From: a virus
Taxonomy: Duplodnaviria; Caudoviricetes
DNA: 58,087 bases
Direction: 5' to 3' (one strand)
Virus record (IMG/VR): IMGVR_UViG_3300022912_000001
Coordinates: 1-58,087 of that record
Part shown: positions 24,648-34,074 of the stretch, piece after piece
Position numbering within the stretch: the stretch's first letter is position 1
Layout of the letters: each line of letters opens with the position of its first letter
Translations under genes and position numbers: made by a program
The notes under the pieces: generated by a model
Told to the model about the DNA's origin: nothing
The model's input: only the letters and a program-made list of their open reading frames with translations
The model's database searches: none

Positions 24648-27171
24648 TTTTTACCCTAAATATTAATGTGCAATCATTAATTTCCATGTTTGAGCTGATA
24701 GCATTGGCCCCAGCATCTATTTTAAACTGAAAGGAATAGCCAGCAGACTTGACTGAAAATACTTGCACAGCAAATGTTGCATTCGCATCAAAATATCCAG
24801 CATCAACCCATGAACCCCTGTCAACTCTATACCATAATTTCAATGTTGTGGCAAGAATACCCTTATGTGTTACATAAACCTTGTAGAATTTCTTCCTAAT
24901 ACCAGAGAACTCAAGGTCATCATCCTTAAACTCTACAATTACGTCACTATTAGACCAGATGAAGCCCATATATTCAGAATATCCATCACCGTAAAAGTAT
25001 GTAGCATAACCATCTTTATTTGTTATGAAATTACTCTTGTAAGTTGTCTGGAATAAACCATCAATTCTAGTGAAATGCTTATAAGACATTGAAAATCTAT
25101 AACCATCTGCTCCATATGGAGTATTCGCAACAAGAATATAGTCTCCCCTTGCAGAGAATCCAACAGTTGGGTTATTCATGTTCGTAGCCCATTCGTTAGC
25201 TTCTATTCTGTTATCAATAAGGTTAATAATTCCCTTATCAGAGAATAGATATAAGCCATACTCATTAACGAATACGATACCATTGTTAGTTCTGCAATAA
25301 GCGGCATCAGACCATATGCCAAGTCCTGCATGTGTAGACTCAAGATACTCAAAATCCTGTGCCGTATTTATCACATACAATGTTTTGCTTTTAAACTGGA
25401 GTAATCTATCGCCAAATGATGCTATAGCAGTTACATCTTCACCGTCATTTATAGCTACGTCAATTTTGTTCTGTAACATTAACGTATCAAACCTATTTGG
25501 TGGAGACTTTATCATTGTATCAGGATAATGCTTTCCGTATATCACTACATTACCAACATATACAGACCTATTAAGAACTTCGGCAGTTAGAAACTTAGCT
25601 GAAATCTGCTCTTCATTTGTAATTGTAGTTATATAGCCAGTCTCAGTATTGTATGTATCTGCAACAACGACTTCAGCAAGCAATACATTACATGTAACGA
25701 ATGAAGTCCCTACATATATATCTGCTGAATCATTCCATGCATTAGGTGCATCAAGCCCATTCTCAACACCGCCCTCTTCAAGGTCATATATTGCCTGCAA
25801 GTACCATTCCTTTGTGCCGTACTCTTTAGCATATACCTTGTATGAAGTAATGCGTTCACTTATTTCAGCTTGTGCATCGCACTTAACGCCAAACATTAAG
25901 TTCACAGAATTATCAACGGCAATAGAAATATAGCTATCGTATGGTGCGGCTGCATCATCTATAGCATATCCAGTTGAAGGTAGTGATAATGGAGACTCTT
26001 GGTTTCCATCGTACACAGAAGATACTGCAAACTCCCAGTTCTTAGCACCCCATGAACTCCCAGTTGTCGATACTTCTAATATATTTAATGCAATCTCACC
26101 ATTCGCTGTTGGTTCATGGATTGCTAGTCCAGCATCATCTTCATTTACTATCTTAAGGTCTGGAGGATATAGCTTATTGACAAGAGCTTTCATGCCAACT
26201 TCAGGTATTCTAATGTCAGTTAAAGATGTAGAATAGTTTTTAAACCTAACCTTGTTGACAAAGCCATACCAAAATGTATCACCACTAGCACTTCTTGGAC
26301 TTGAATTACAAATTCTTAATGCGCCATCTACAGAAAACATAGCTGGAACTGGTGCTGAGCCATCTGCATAATCAAAAGGCAATCCTGTTCCATCTGGATT
26401 CCATCCGTAGTCATGGCAATACAGGTTCAAAACACCTTCAGAATCAGCATGAACTGTATTGTCGCCATTGCCAAGCCCATATATAATATAGCCAAGAATT
26501 AAGTCTTGTTCAGTATAAGTTAATCCGCTACCATTAGTGATTGATATACCAACATAGTCTATATCTGTATAGTCTGGACTGCCAAATGAACTGCTATGTC
26601 CACCCTCTTCTAGGATAAATTCATTCCACTCACCGAATATAATATCTCCAGCACTTATATCGAAGTTATAATAATTCGCTGTCCCTGTTTGCGCCCTAAG
26701 TGTAATGCCTGCTGGAGCACTAAACAATGAAGAACCTACAAATATATTAACATAGATATGTCCACCCTCCATATTAACAGATGTAAATGCACAACGATAG
26801 TCTGCTGTCAGGTCTGCACCAACTAACTTCTGACAACCAACTCCGTATCCACCATATTTACTATCTGCATCAGGAACAACCAGTGTTATTGCAGACCCGT
26901 AAAGAAGAGTCCAGTCTGCTGTCTGCTGACTGTCATCAAGAACGTGAAATATTTTATCATTATCTAGTGTTAATGCGCCATAGCCAGGTTCTACAATGCC
27001 AGCCTTTTGTACATTATATGTATTGAAATGTCTCTGTGCGCGGATAAGCCCAGATATATCCAGGTCAACATTCTTTGCCTCTGAAAGCTCATTCGTCTTA
27101 ATATCTTTTGGGTCAGAGAATGTATTAAGTCCGCCACTGTAATTTCCATATTTCTTAGTTTTCTTTGGCAT
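24637..27171 (-). CDS. Tail nozzle/stabilisation-like protein (844 aa)
   Basis: N-terminal GGLN...P.DI...E...A.NV motif, beta-propeller-like middle, C-terminal RKKFYKVYVT; podovirus gene position. Confidence 0.65.
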   Translation of the reverse strand: MPKKTKKYGNYSGGLNTFSDPKDIKTNELSEAKNVDLDISGLIRAQRHFNTYNVQKAGIVEPGYGALTLDNDKIFHVLDDSQQTADWTLLYGSAITLVVPDADSKYGGYGVGCQKLVGADLTADYRCAFTSVNMEGGHIYVNIFVGSSLFSAPAGITLRAQTGTANYYNFDISAGDIIFGEWNEFILEEGGHSSSFGSPDYTDIDYVGISITNGSGLTYTEQDLILGYIIYGLGNGDNTVHADSEGVLNLYCHDYGWNPDGTGLPFDYADGSAPVPAMFSVDGALRICNSSPRSASGDTFWYGFVNKVRFKNYSTSLTDIRIPEVGMKALVNKLYPPDLKIVNEDDAGLAIHEPTANGEIALNILEVSTTGSSWGAKNWEFAVSSVYDGNQESPLSLPSTGYAIDDAAAPYDSYISIAVDNSVNLMFGVKCDAQAEISERITSYKVYAKEYGTKEWYLQAIYDLEEGGVENGLDAPNAWNDSADIYVGTSFVTCNVLLAEVVVADTYNTETGYITTITNEEQISAKFLTAEVLNRSVYVGNVVIYGKHYPDTMIKSPPNRFDTLMLQNKIDVAINDGEDVTAIASFGDRLLQFKSKTLYVINTAQDFEYLESTHAGLGIWSDAAYCRTNNGIVFVNEYGLYLFSDKGIINLIDNRIEANEWATNMNNPTVGFSARGDYILVANTPYGADGYRFSMSYKHFTRIDGLFQTTYKSNFITNKDGYATYFYGDGYSEYMGFIWSNSDVIVEFKDDDLEFSGIRKKFYKVYVTHKGILATTLKLWYRVDRGSWVDAGYFDANATFAVQVFSVKSAGYSFQFKIDAGANAISSNMEINDCTLIFRVKSVK

Positions 27172-27190
27172 GACTACCTCACTACTTTCT

Positions 27191-27316
27191 TAATGCACAT
27201 TTATACACCCTCATAGGTCATCTAAGCTCATCATTTTGAGAGGCTTATACAGGATAAGTTAAACATCATCAAAGTGAATCCTAGAGGTATATGATTTCTG
27301 TGTATATGTCGTCACC
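27191..27316. repeat. Degenerate duplicate of 27841-27966 (paralog 3' end plus intergenic DNA)
   Basis: ATGCAC.TTTA.ACACC...ATCTAAGCTCAT.ATTTT...TATACAGG...CTA.AGGTA.ATGA shared. Confidence 0.8.
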
Positions 27317-27352
27317 ATCATAGCGTTCAATAGGATATGGTTTTTTAGGCAT
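27281..27352 (-). pseudogene. Chimeric mini-ORF MPKKPYPIERYDGDDIYTEIIYL (23 aa), probable recombination scar
   Basis: AAGGTGGT RBS; N-terminus resembles the 844-aa gene start (MPKK), C-terminus matches paralog ends (DIYTEVIYL / DIYVEIVYL). Confidence 0.65.
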
Positions 27353-27363
27353 ACTATACCACC

Positions 27364-27828
27364 TTATAGATAAACAATTTCAACATAAATATCGTCAGTT
27401 TCGGCATCGAGATAAAATAATGCTATATCATTGATATTGGAGTTTAACTCATGTAACAACAAGCTTTCCCCGGGATATAACTGAAACATAGGATTGGCTG
27501 CCCAAGGGCCACCAAGTGCAACTGCAAGACCTTCTGTTGAAGGGGTTGGAAGCGTCTTAGCCGCATCCTTAAACCCTGTATGCTTAATGTATATAAACTT
27601 AGTTATCGTTGCTGTTCCACCAATTTTAGATTCATTTATATCCTGAACCTTACTAACATCATTGTAGGCAACATTAACACCATTATAAATTTGGAAGTCA
27701 ACATTGCCACCAAGACCCTGAACTGCTGTATCAAGTGTACTTGTCTCGACTTCAGGCTGGTCACCAGAGGTTGGAATCTTATGTAGAACCTCCACACTTT
27801 GATGAACTCTCATTCTAGTTGTAGCCAT
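27364..27828 (-). CDS. Virion structural protein, paralog of 27934-28395
   Basis: Shared TRMR, KF.YIKH.GF, PGES.LLH, DIY.E..YL. Confidence 0.8.
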   Translation of the reverse strand: MATTRMRVHQSVEVLHKIPTSGDQPEVETSTLDTAVQGLGGNVDFQIYNGVNVAYNDVSKVQDINESKIGGTATITKFIYIKHTGFKDAAKTLPTPSTEGLAVALGGPWAANPMFQLYPGESLLLHELNSNINDIALFYLDAETDDIYVEIVYL

Positions 27829-27840
27829 TATAACTCCCTA

Positions 27841-27966
27841 TGATGCACGTTTAGACACCTTGAAAGGCAATCTAAGCTCATGATTTTTATACGCCTATAC
27901 AGGTATGAAAAAAGCAATCGAATCACCTTCGCCCTATAGGTAAATGACCTCAGTATATATATCTCC
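27841..27966. repeat. Degenerate duplicate of 27191-27316
   Basis: See partner; this copy contains the - strand hairpin TTAGA-TTGCCTT-TC-AAGGTG-TCTAA. Confidence 0.8.
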
Positions 27967-28395
27967 AGAGGCTGACTCTAAATTCCAGTTTGCAATATCA
28001 TCTACACTGGTACCTAAACCGTGTAAAAGTACAGATTCGCCTGGAGCTAATGTGAAGCCTATTACATCAGGGTCGCCAACACCATACTTTAAAAGCTGAG
28101 TTGTTGCTACAGTTTTTAAAGCAGTCGTAAAACCTGAATGCTTGATGTACAGAAATTTACCTATAGCATCTGAACCAGCAATAGGAACTCCACCTGTACC
28201 TGCTACAGCCACTTTACTTGCATCAGTATATGTTACATCAGCATCGGCCTCTATCTCAAAGTCTCCCTTGCCACCAAGACCAATAACATCTTCATCGCTG
28301 GTAGCTATATCTTTCGTTGCCATGTCACCATCGGCAGGAACACGATGATAGACACTCAAGCCCTGACTGCTTCTCATTCTTGTTGCATTAGCCAT
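27934..28395 (-). CDS. Virion structural protein, paralog of 27364-27828
   Basis: Same motifs as partner. Confidence 0.8.
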   Translation of the reverse strand: MANATRMRSSQGLSVYHRVPADGDMATKDIATSDEDVIGLGGKGDFEIEADADVTYTDASKVAVAGTGGVPIAGSDAIGKFLYIKHSGFTTALKTVATTQLLKYGVGDPDVIGFTLAPGESVLLHGLGTSVDDIANWNLESASGDIYTEVIYL

Positions 28396-28396
28396 T

Positions 28397-28651
28397 TTAT
28401 AGCCTTCCCGCTATCCATCTAAGTCTTGCATCAGATGTTGATAGCATCTTTTTAAATTGCATATTTGAGCTTATGTCAATATTGTAAGTTGGCAATACGC
28501 AAAAGTCACCAATACCATTAAGCTCTGCAACTATGTTTGTTCCGTCTAAACTTATTCCTACGCTTGGCTCTGTAGAACCTAACGCCTTAACTATTTCAAT
28601 TTCTAATATCTGAACAATAGATGAAAGCAATAGTTTAGCAATATCAGCCAA
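28397..28651 (-). CDS. Small structural-module protein (84 aa)
   Basis: Coupled ORF; possibly a distant short relative of the paralog pair. Confidence 0.6.
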   Translation of the reverse strand: MADIAKLLLSSIVQILEIEIVKALGSTEPSVGISLDGTNIVAELNGIGDFCVLPTYNIDISSNMQFKKMLSTSDARLRWIAGRL

Positions 28652-29075
28652 GTAAACCTCTCAGGTAGTCCATGTTAATACTAGGGCAATTAGGTTTCTC
28701 AGGGTTAAGCTCGTAATGACCTACGACCTCAGCATCAGGGTAAGCATCCTTAACCCTTCTTATTAAGTGTGCAAGTGAAGTGTACTGCTTAGATGTGAAG
28801 TCCCTCATGCCTACAAGAGCAATGCCTACCGATTCATTATTGAACCCCTTGCAATGTGCGCCACGAGTACCGAATACCCTGCCTATTTCTATCTTGCCAT
28901 CATTCTTAAATACAGGCTTCCTATCTCTCCAGCTTGCGGCTGTAGGGAAGCAATTATCAATGAGCCAATGATAGCCACACATGTCAAACCCCCTCTCCCT
29001 GTGCCACTTGTCAACAAGCTTAATATCACCAAATTTAGATTCTGTACGATGCACAACAATATATTTAATATCCAT
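28644..29075 (-). CDS. Endolysin, N-acetylmuramoyl-L-alanine amidase (T7 lysozyme/Amidase_2 family)
   Basis: IVVH, WH.ERGF...GYH, GAHCKG.N..SVGI...G, GHYEL...K.CP. Confidence 0.92.
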   Translation of the reverse strand: MDIKYIVVHRTESKFGDIKLVDKWHRERGFDMCGYHWLIDNCFPTAASWRDRKPVFKNDGKIEIGRVFGTRGAHCKGFNNESVGIALVGMRDFTSKQYTSLAHLIRRVKDAYPDAEVVGHYELNPEKPNCPSINMDYLRGLLG

Positions 29076-29614
29076 TATCTAACTATCTCCCAAATTAGCA
29101 TTCCTGTAGGCAGCAACCACCAAACTAACTTAGCTGCTTCAAGTAGCGTTATCTCATCCTTCTCGAATGAAATGATAATATCACTTATGGTAATGTTATT
29201 CTCGATAAGGTTGACTGGACTGAAGTAGGCAGAAGTTGCAACTCTGGCAACTAGGCTATATTTAACAGTATCTTCATCTAGTACGTTAAACCCTGAAAAC
29301 TTGGCTGAGTCCCGTGCTGAGATAAATGGTATAGCGAGCCAAACAGTATCAACAATAGTAGTGTCAGAAGTGTCAACATGAGTCTCGTATTTCCAAATAG
29401 TTTTTGTAACAGTCTTGCCAAACTTCTCGATAGCTTCTTCACGACTTAATAGACCCTCCGTAGCATTGCTAATTATACTTGCAGAATCAACTGGCATTGG
29501 CACATCAACATACTGAACGTCTGTAATATGCGAAGCTGGCTTTAGAAGCCAGCCTGCATACACTAGGAGAATTGCTATCGCAATCAGAACAATATGTTGT
29601 AACTTATTTTTCAT
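29075..29614 (-). CDS. Membrane-anchored lysis-module protein, possibly spanin-like (likely start MKNKLQ)
   Basis: N-terminal TM helix and C-terminal hydrophobic segment; next to the endolysin. Confidence 0.5.
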   Translation of the reverse strand: MKNKLQHIVLIAIAILLVYAGWLLKPASHITDVQYVDVPMPVDSASIISNATEGLLSREEAIEKFGKTVTKTIWKYETHVDTSDTTIVDTVWLAIPFISARDSAKFSGFNVLDEDTVKYSLVARVATSAYFSPVNLIENNITISDIIISFEKDEITLLEAAKLVWWLLPTGMLIWEIVR

Positions 29615-29774
29615 TACCTTGGTGCTTGTGGTCAACAGCACCCTGCACACCAGAGTAGGTCATTCCTGCCAAGCCTATAGCTGGACATGAATACATGCTC
29701 GTTTCAGGCGAAGCTATTACAGCAATAAGAATAGCAATAATAGTTACAAAAAAAGCAGCGAATTTCTTGCTCAT
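29604..29774 (-). CDS. Putative holin (56 aa, MSKKFAAFFVTIIAILIAVIAS...TYSGVQGAVDHKHQGNEK)
   Basis: Not in the ORF track; ATGA-coupled; two hydrophobic segments; SKKF...Y..VQG.VD pattern; charged tail. Confidence 0.6.
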   Translation of the reverse strand: MSKKFAAFFVTIIAILIAVIASPETSMYSCPAIGLAGMTYSGVQGAVDHKHQGNEK

Positions 29775-30085
29775 TCTGCTGGCCTCCGAATAGGAAGTGC
29801 AACCTTCAACTCTTTGGCAACAGCCTCAAGTATGTCAGTATGATACACAAGGTCGCCCTTGATGTTCTTCACTTCATTTTGATTACCAGCATCAACGTCA
29901 CGCAAAGCTTCAAGCTGTATTGAATGTTCAGCAACAGCTTCTTCAACTACTACGATTTTCTTCTCATTTGCATTCGCCTTCAAGTTCCCGCCAGACACAA
30001 ATAGCAGGGCAAGAACAAACATCCCAATTAGTTGCAGTATATTCCCAAATGTTAATGAACTTAAAGCTTTGCGCACGTTAGCCAC
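29771..30085 (-). CDS. TM plus coiled-coil protein of the lysis module
   Basis: N-terminal TM helix followed by a heptad-like region. Confidence 0.6.
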   Translation of the reverse strand: MANVRKALSSLTFGNILQLIGMFVLALLFVSGGNLKANANEKKIVVVEEAVAEHSIQLEALRDVDAGNQNEVKNIKGDLVYHTDILEAVAKELKVALPIRRPAE

Positions 30086-30625
30086 CTATTTCTTCTTAAA
30101 GTTTATGAACCAGTCTAATAGCTCTATCTGCTCTCCAGTCATTGCAAACTTCTTGCCCTTCAACTCAGGTACTGTGTATGAAATGAAATTAGACTTAAAT
30201 TCACCAGCTGGTATCTTATTAACTTTCACAGTAATTTCTTTTTCATCGAGCTTATCTGCTTCTGCACGAACTATGTCCATAGTCGCATTGTATTCAGCGA
30301 TAGCCCTATTGTTCGACTCATTCATTGCTTCAACATCTTTTGCAGTCATACCCCCTTCAGGCTGTTTCAATACTGGCTGTTTAATTGCAACCATATCCCT
30401 GCCTGTTCTTGGGTCTTGCTCTTCAACTCCACCATTAGCTTTCAGTATGCTAAGATACTGCTCACGGAGTTCTTCAATTAATCCAACAGCATGTGCAAGC
30501 TCTTCCTTGACCTTCAATGCGAAGTCAAACTCCCATAGAGTTCTACTTCTAAAAGTCTTAATTACATCTTCACACGCTAACAGTTCTTTTGCCTTCATCT
30601 TTCCCATCTTAGTGTTTCCCTTCAC
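30086..30625 (-). CDS. Hypothetical protein (possible tail fibre assembly factor)
   Basis: Helical 179-aa ORF downstream of the tail fibre; function is a positional guess. Confidence 0.6.
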   Translation of the reverse strand: MKGNTKMGKMKAKELLACEDVIKTFRSRTLWEFDFALKVKEELAHAVGLIEELREQYLSILKANGGVEEQDPRTGRDMVAIKQPVLKQPEGGMTAKDVEAMNESNNRAIAEYNATMDIVRAEADKLDEKEITVKVNKIPAGEFKSNFISYTVPELKGKKFAMTGEQIELLDWFINFKKK

Positions 30626-30634
30626 TATTCGTTG

Positions 30635-31021
30635 TTATTTAAACAGCCCGAACAACCAGTCCGCAAACTGAGTAATTTTCCTTACTAACCAAAACTGCCA
30701 CAAGTATTCACTAAAGAAGTTGTGTGCAGGCGAATGGTATAATGGCTTGAATTTATGCACCTGCTCGTGGTGTTGGTCAAACCAGTCATCATAGAACAAA
30801 TACATTCCAATAAATATTAAAACTTCACCAAACAATATAGCAGAATAACTGTCAAAAGTCAATAGCCAAATTCCTAGAGGCCATAGGCCGAAGGGGTAGT
30901 AGCCATGATGTGTCTGAAAAAAATCACATCTAACATGGAAGCCTAAGATGTTATGCACAGGACAAATATCCCATGTACCATCTGCATTCCTTACTCCATC
31001 TTTATATGGTATCATTTTCAT
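30635..31021 (-). CDS. His/Trp-rich membrane protein (likely start MKMIPY)
   Basis: Two hydrophobic segments flanked by HH motifs; purine-rich RBS. Confidence 0.6.
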   Translation of the reverse strand: MKMIPYKDGVRNADGTWDICPVHNILGFHVRCDFFQTHHGYYPFGLWPLGIWLLTFDSYSAILFGEVLIFIGMYLFYDDWFDQHHEQVHKFKPLYHSPAHNFFSEYLWQFWLVRKITQFADWLFGLFK

Positions 31022-31029
31022 TCCTTCTC

Positions 31030-33582
31030 TTACCACGTTGCTATTGCGGCTCTTAGCCATGTATTTGTTGCAGAACATACATAGATGTAGTTAGCGTCCC
31101 AAGCAACTGTTCCTGCAACTCCTGTTGCTCCTGCGCTTGCTGGTGTTGAAGATGTTGGGAGAATTAGCTTATCTCCAATACTTACTCCACCTGTGCCACC
31201 ATTGAGAGTGAGCAAGTTATTTGATGTTGTTTGTATTGTTCTTGCACCAGTACCTTCAAAGGTACCATTAGATAGAATGCTCCACCGCTTTGTTGCAACG
31301 TCACCAGTTGGCTGTGTATAAAAGCTAATAACACCTGCATCATCTGCACCATCTAATGAGCATTCAACACTTGCAACATTATCAACACCACGGACAAACT
31401 GAATGTCACCAACAACACCACTACCTGTTACTGTTGCCGATGCAATTTCAAGCCTGCCACGATTTGTAGTTAAGCCTTGAATTGTGGCAACTGTGGCGGC
31501 GGTTCCTGCTGAAAGCAAATCTGCACTTCCACCAATTCCTACATCCCCACCAAAGGTTGAGCTTGCATCTGTACCATCAACATAAATGGCATTTACACCT
31601 GCATTTGAACCAACTGCGAAATCCATATCTTCAGATGTAGATGGATTGATATATATAAGCTTAGGTGATGACTGTTCATCAAAACTCATCATCGTATAAT
31701 TACCTACAACAATATCTAATTTATCAGCAGAAACTTCATGAAGGTATGTATTACTACCACCATCTAAATATAAATATTTTGTAGCTGGAATCCTTACATG
31801 ACCACCAAAGGTTGCGGCACCATCAGTATACAAATCTGTCCCATCAGAATGCCAGCCCTTGTAACTCAAGACTTCTGCACCAGTTTTGGTTCCGTGATTA
31901 TCATTACCAGAAACATCGTACCAGTATCCATCCGAAATCGAGTCTTGGGTGTATAGGGCTACTGCGCCCTTATAAATCACAGTAACATTATCAATTAACA
32001 TGACCTGCCCTGCGGCACCGTCAGCATTAAGGTACATGTCGGCATGGGAAGCAATAAAAGTAGCTTCGTAATATGTCTCTGTTCCCGTTGGGGTAAAGTG
32101 ACCGCCAATAGTGTAGTCTGTGCCATCTCCGATATAGGGAGAGAAACTTGCGCCAGTAAGTAATTTGGCTTGAAGCCGAACAGTTACCTCTTGACCAATA
32201 GTAAATACTCCCGCGATGCGAACCCCACTCCAAGAGCCACCCGTATCATAAGTGATTTTTCCAATTCCTGTACCTCCAGCGCCTGCCCAATCACCGACAA
32301 CACCCGTGAATACGCCACCCGAAAAATCAAGCCAGTTGCCTGTGTCTGTGTCAAAATCCGAATCGTCACCAGTTACTGTACTCGTCTGACTACCGTACTG
32401 CCACTTGAACGGGATATTACCTGAGATGAGGTCTTTCACCTCACTTGCTGAAAGGGCTGTGTTGTACGCCTCAACAAGTCCTATTGAGCCATTAAATAAA
32501 AGGTTGTTATCAACCCTTGCACCAATTTTGAGTGCGGAACCAGTGGTGATTGTTCTAAAAACAGATGAAATATCAACTGTTCCAACCGCCACGCCATCCA
32601 CATATCCAGTTGCATTCCCAGATCGGTCAAAAGTCACAACAATATCATATTCAGTCCCTGCTGTGAATACATCTGTTCCAATTACTGCACTTGCATCTGC
32701 GGTTGCATCATCAAAGCGAATCCATAGGTCATTAGTTCTTAATTCAATGCCATAGTCAACACCCGCAGCCCCTTTTGACACGAGATAAACCTGTGCATCT
32801 GTCACATTTTCAGGGGTATATTTTATGTGAAACGAGAAGTCTCCTGTACCAAAGTTTACGTTTGGGCCATCTGTTACAGTGATATAATCATCCACCCCAT
32901 CAAATCGGTACACCGTACCCTTCGACATCATATTGGTTGTGGTTTGGTCGTTTAGGAGGTAACCACCTGAGAAATTCAAGTCCAAGTTAGAATCAGATAC
33001 AAGTGCTCTGCTTGCTTCAACGATTCCTTCTGTTGTTGGTGCAAAAGAATCTATAGCAGACTGGACATTTGTATCGCTGAGATAACTTACAGCAGGATTA
33101 AATGTAATATCTTCTGCATCTGCAGCAGTAATATGAATCCACGCATCACCATCCCACATATACTGTTCAGCTTCACCTGGGTCTATTGTAATGGTTCTAG
33201 CACCGATAACATCAAAACTGTGACTAGAGCTATCATCGTTGACTACCCAGAATCTACTGCCTGGGTCTGTGTTCGTAGGAACACCAAAAGTTTGGTCTGC
33301 ACCTGCACCTGTAGTGAGTATGATAACACCACTATATGCATCGAGTACAGCAGTAACGAGTGCAGTATCTACAAGAGGGTCAGTCTGAGTATCCATTGGC
33401 AAGGTGCTATTGGCTGTCAGGACTTTATCCCAAGTAGCTACACCGCCTGTTACGTCAAGTAATGCGTAAAGCTCATTTGTGTCCTGCTTGAGCCAGAACT
33501 TACCTTCTCGCATTCTGTCGCCAGTTGTAGGCGCAGAAGTAAGGCTTAATTTAGCATTGTTGTTTGTGAGTTGACGAATCAT
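31030..33582 (-). CDS. Tail fibre/receptor-binding protein with LamG (concanavalin A-like) and CBM-like domains
   Basis: YRFDGVDDYI...VTFDR....YVDG...IGA...FNG.I..V..YN.ALS (LamG); C-terminal WDANYIYVC.ATNTW.R tail-fibre motif. Confidence 0.8.
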   Translation of the reverse strand: MIRQLTNNNAKLSLTSAPTTGDRMREGKFWLKQDTNELYALLDVTGGVATWDKVLTANSTLPMDTQTDPLVDTALVTAVLDAYSGVIILTTGAGADQTFGVPTNTDPGSRFWVVNDDSSSHSFDVIGARTITIDPGEAEQYMWDGDAWIHITAADAEDITFNPAVSYLSDTNVQSAIDSFAPTTEGIVEASRALVSDSNLDLNFSGGYLLNDQTTTNMMSKGTVYRFDGVDDYITVTDGPNVNFGTGDFSFHIKYTPENVTDAQVYLVSKGAAGVDYGIELRTNDLWIRFDDATADASAVIGTDVFTAGTEYDIVVTFDRSGNATGYVDGVAVGTVDISSVFRTITTGSALKIGARVDNNLLFNGSIGLVEAYNTALSASEVKDLISGNIPFKWQYGSQTSTVTGDDSDFDTDTGNWLDFSGGVFTGVVGDWAGAGGTGIGKITYDTGGSWSGVRIAGVFTIGQEVTVRLQAKLLTGASFSPYIGDGTDYTIGGHFTPTGTETYYEATFIASHADMYLNADGAAGQVMLIDNVTVIYKGAVALYTQDSISDGYWYDVSGNDNHGTKTGAEVLSYKGWHSDGTDLYTDGAATFGGHVRIPATKYLYLDGGSNTYLHEVSADKLDIVVGNYTMMSFDEQSSPKLIYINPSTSEDMDFAVGSNAGVNAIYVDGTDASSTFGGDVGIGGSADLLSAGTAATVATIQGLTTNRGRLEIASATVTGSGVVGDIQFVRGVDNVASVECSLDGADDAGVISFYTQPTGDVATKRWSILSNGTFEGTGARTIQTTSNNLLTLNGGTGGVSIGDKLILPTSSTPASAGATGVAGTVAWDANYIYVCSATNTWLRAAIATW

Positions 33583-33586
33583 AATA

Positions 33587-33976
33587 TTATCCCTTCACGA
33601 CTTTAACTGAAGTCGCTACAGCGTTTACCCTCTGAAGTTGGAGATATACACTATTCTTTGTCTCTTCGACTGCTTCGCCCCAAGGTACGTCTATCTCATA
33701 GCTCTCGCCAGCTGATAAAACATGAGCATTAGCTGTAACTATAACATCTGTTGTACTAGATGCAAAGTCAATATAAACGTCATTGTCTGGCGTTAGGATT
33801 AATGTAAGAACTGGGTTACTAGGTGTGTTTGGTGTATCGTTATCCCATGTGAGTTCTGTTGCTACTGTAGCTCCAGTTGCGAGAGAGATGGGTGCAATCG
33901 TATTCCAATTGCCCTGAACAATTTTTGAAGCAGCGTTTTTCTCTGCGCCTGCTACTCTACGGCCAAGGTTTGCCAT
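33587..33976 (-). CDS. Virion structural protein (129 aa, beta-rich)
   Basis: AGGAGG RBS; position. Confidence 0.7.
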   Translation of the reverse strand: MANLGRRVAGAEKNAASKIVQGNWNTIAPISLATGATVATELTWDNDTPNTPSNPVLTLILTPDNDVYIDFASSTTDVIVTANAHVLSAGESYEIDVPWGEAVEETKNSVYLQLQRVNAVATSVKVVKG

Positions 33977-34074
33977 AAGTGTTGCCTCCTTTTAAAGCCC
34001 CTCCGCATACGGCTACGTTAGTGAGGATGCTATGAGTTATAAAAAGCTAGGTGGGGATGAACAACACCCCCTTG

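Noticed and set aside
27191-27966. Degenerate repeat pair as a DGR template/variable repeat
   Set aside because: No reverse transcriptase gene, and mismatches are not confined to adenines
34040-34074. Possible terminator after the adaptor gene
   Set aside because: Short imperfect stem separated from the U-tract; too weak to call
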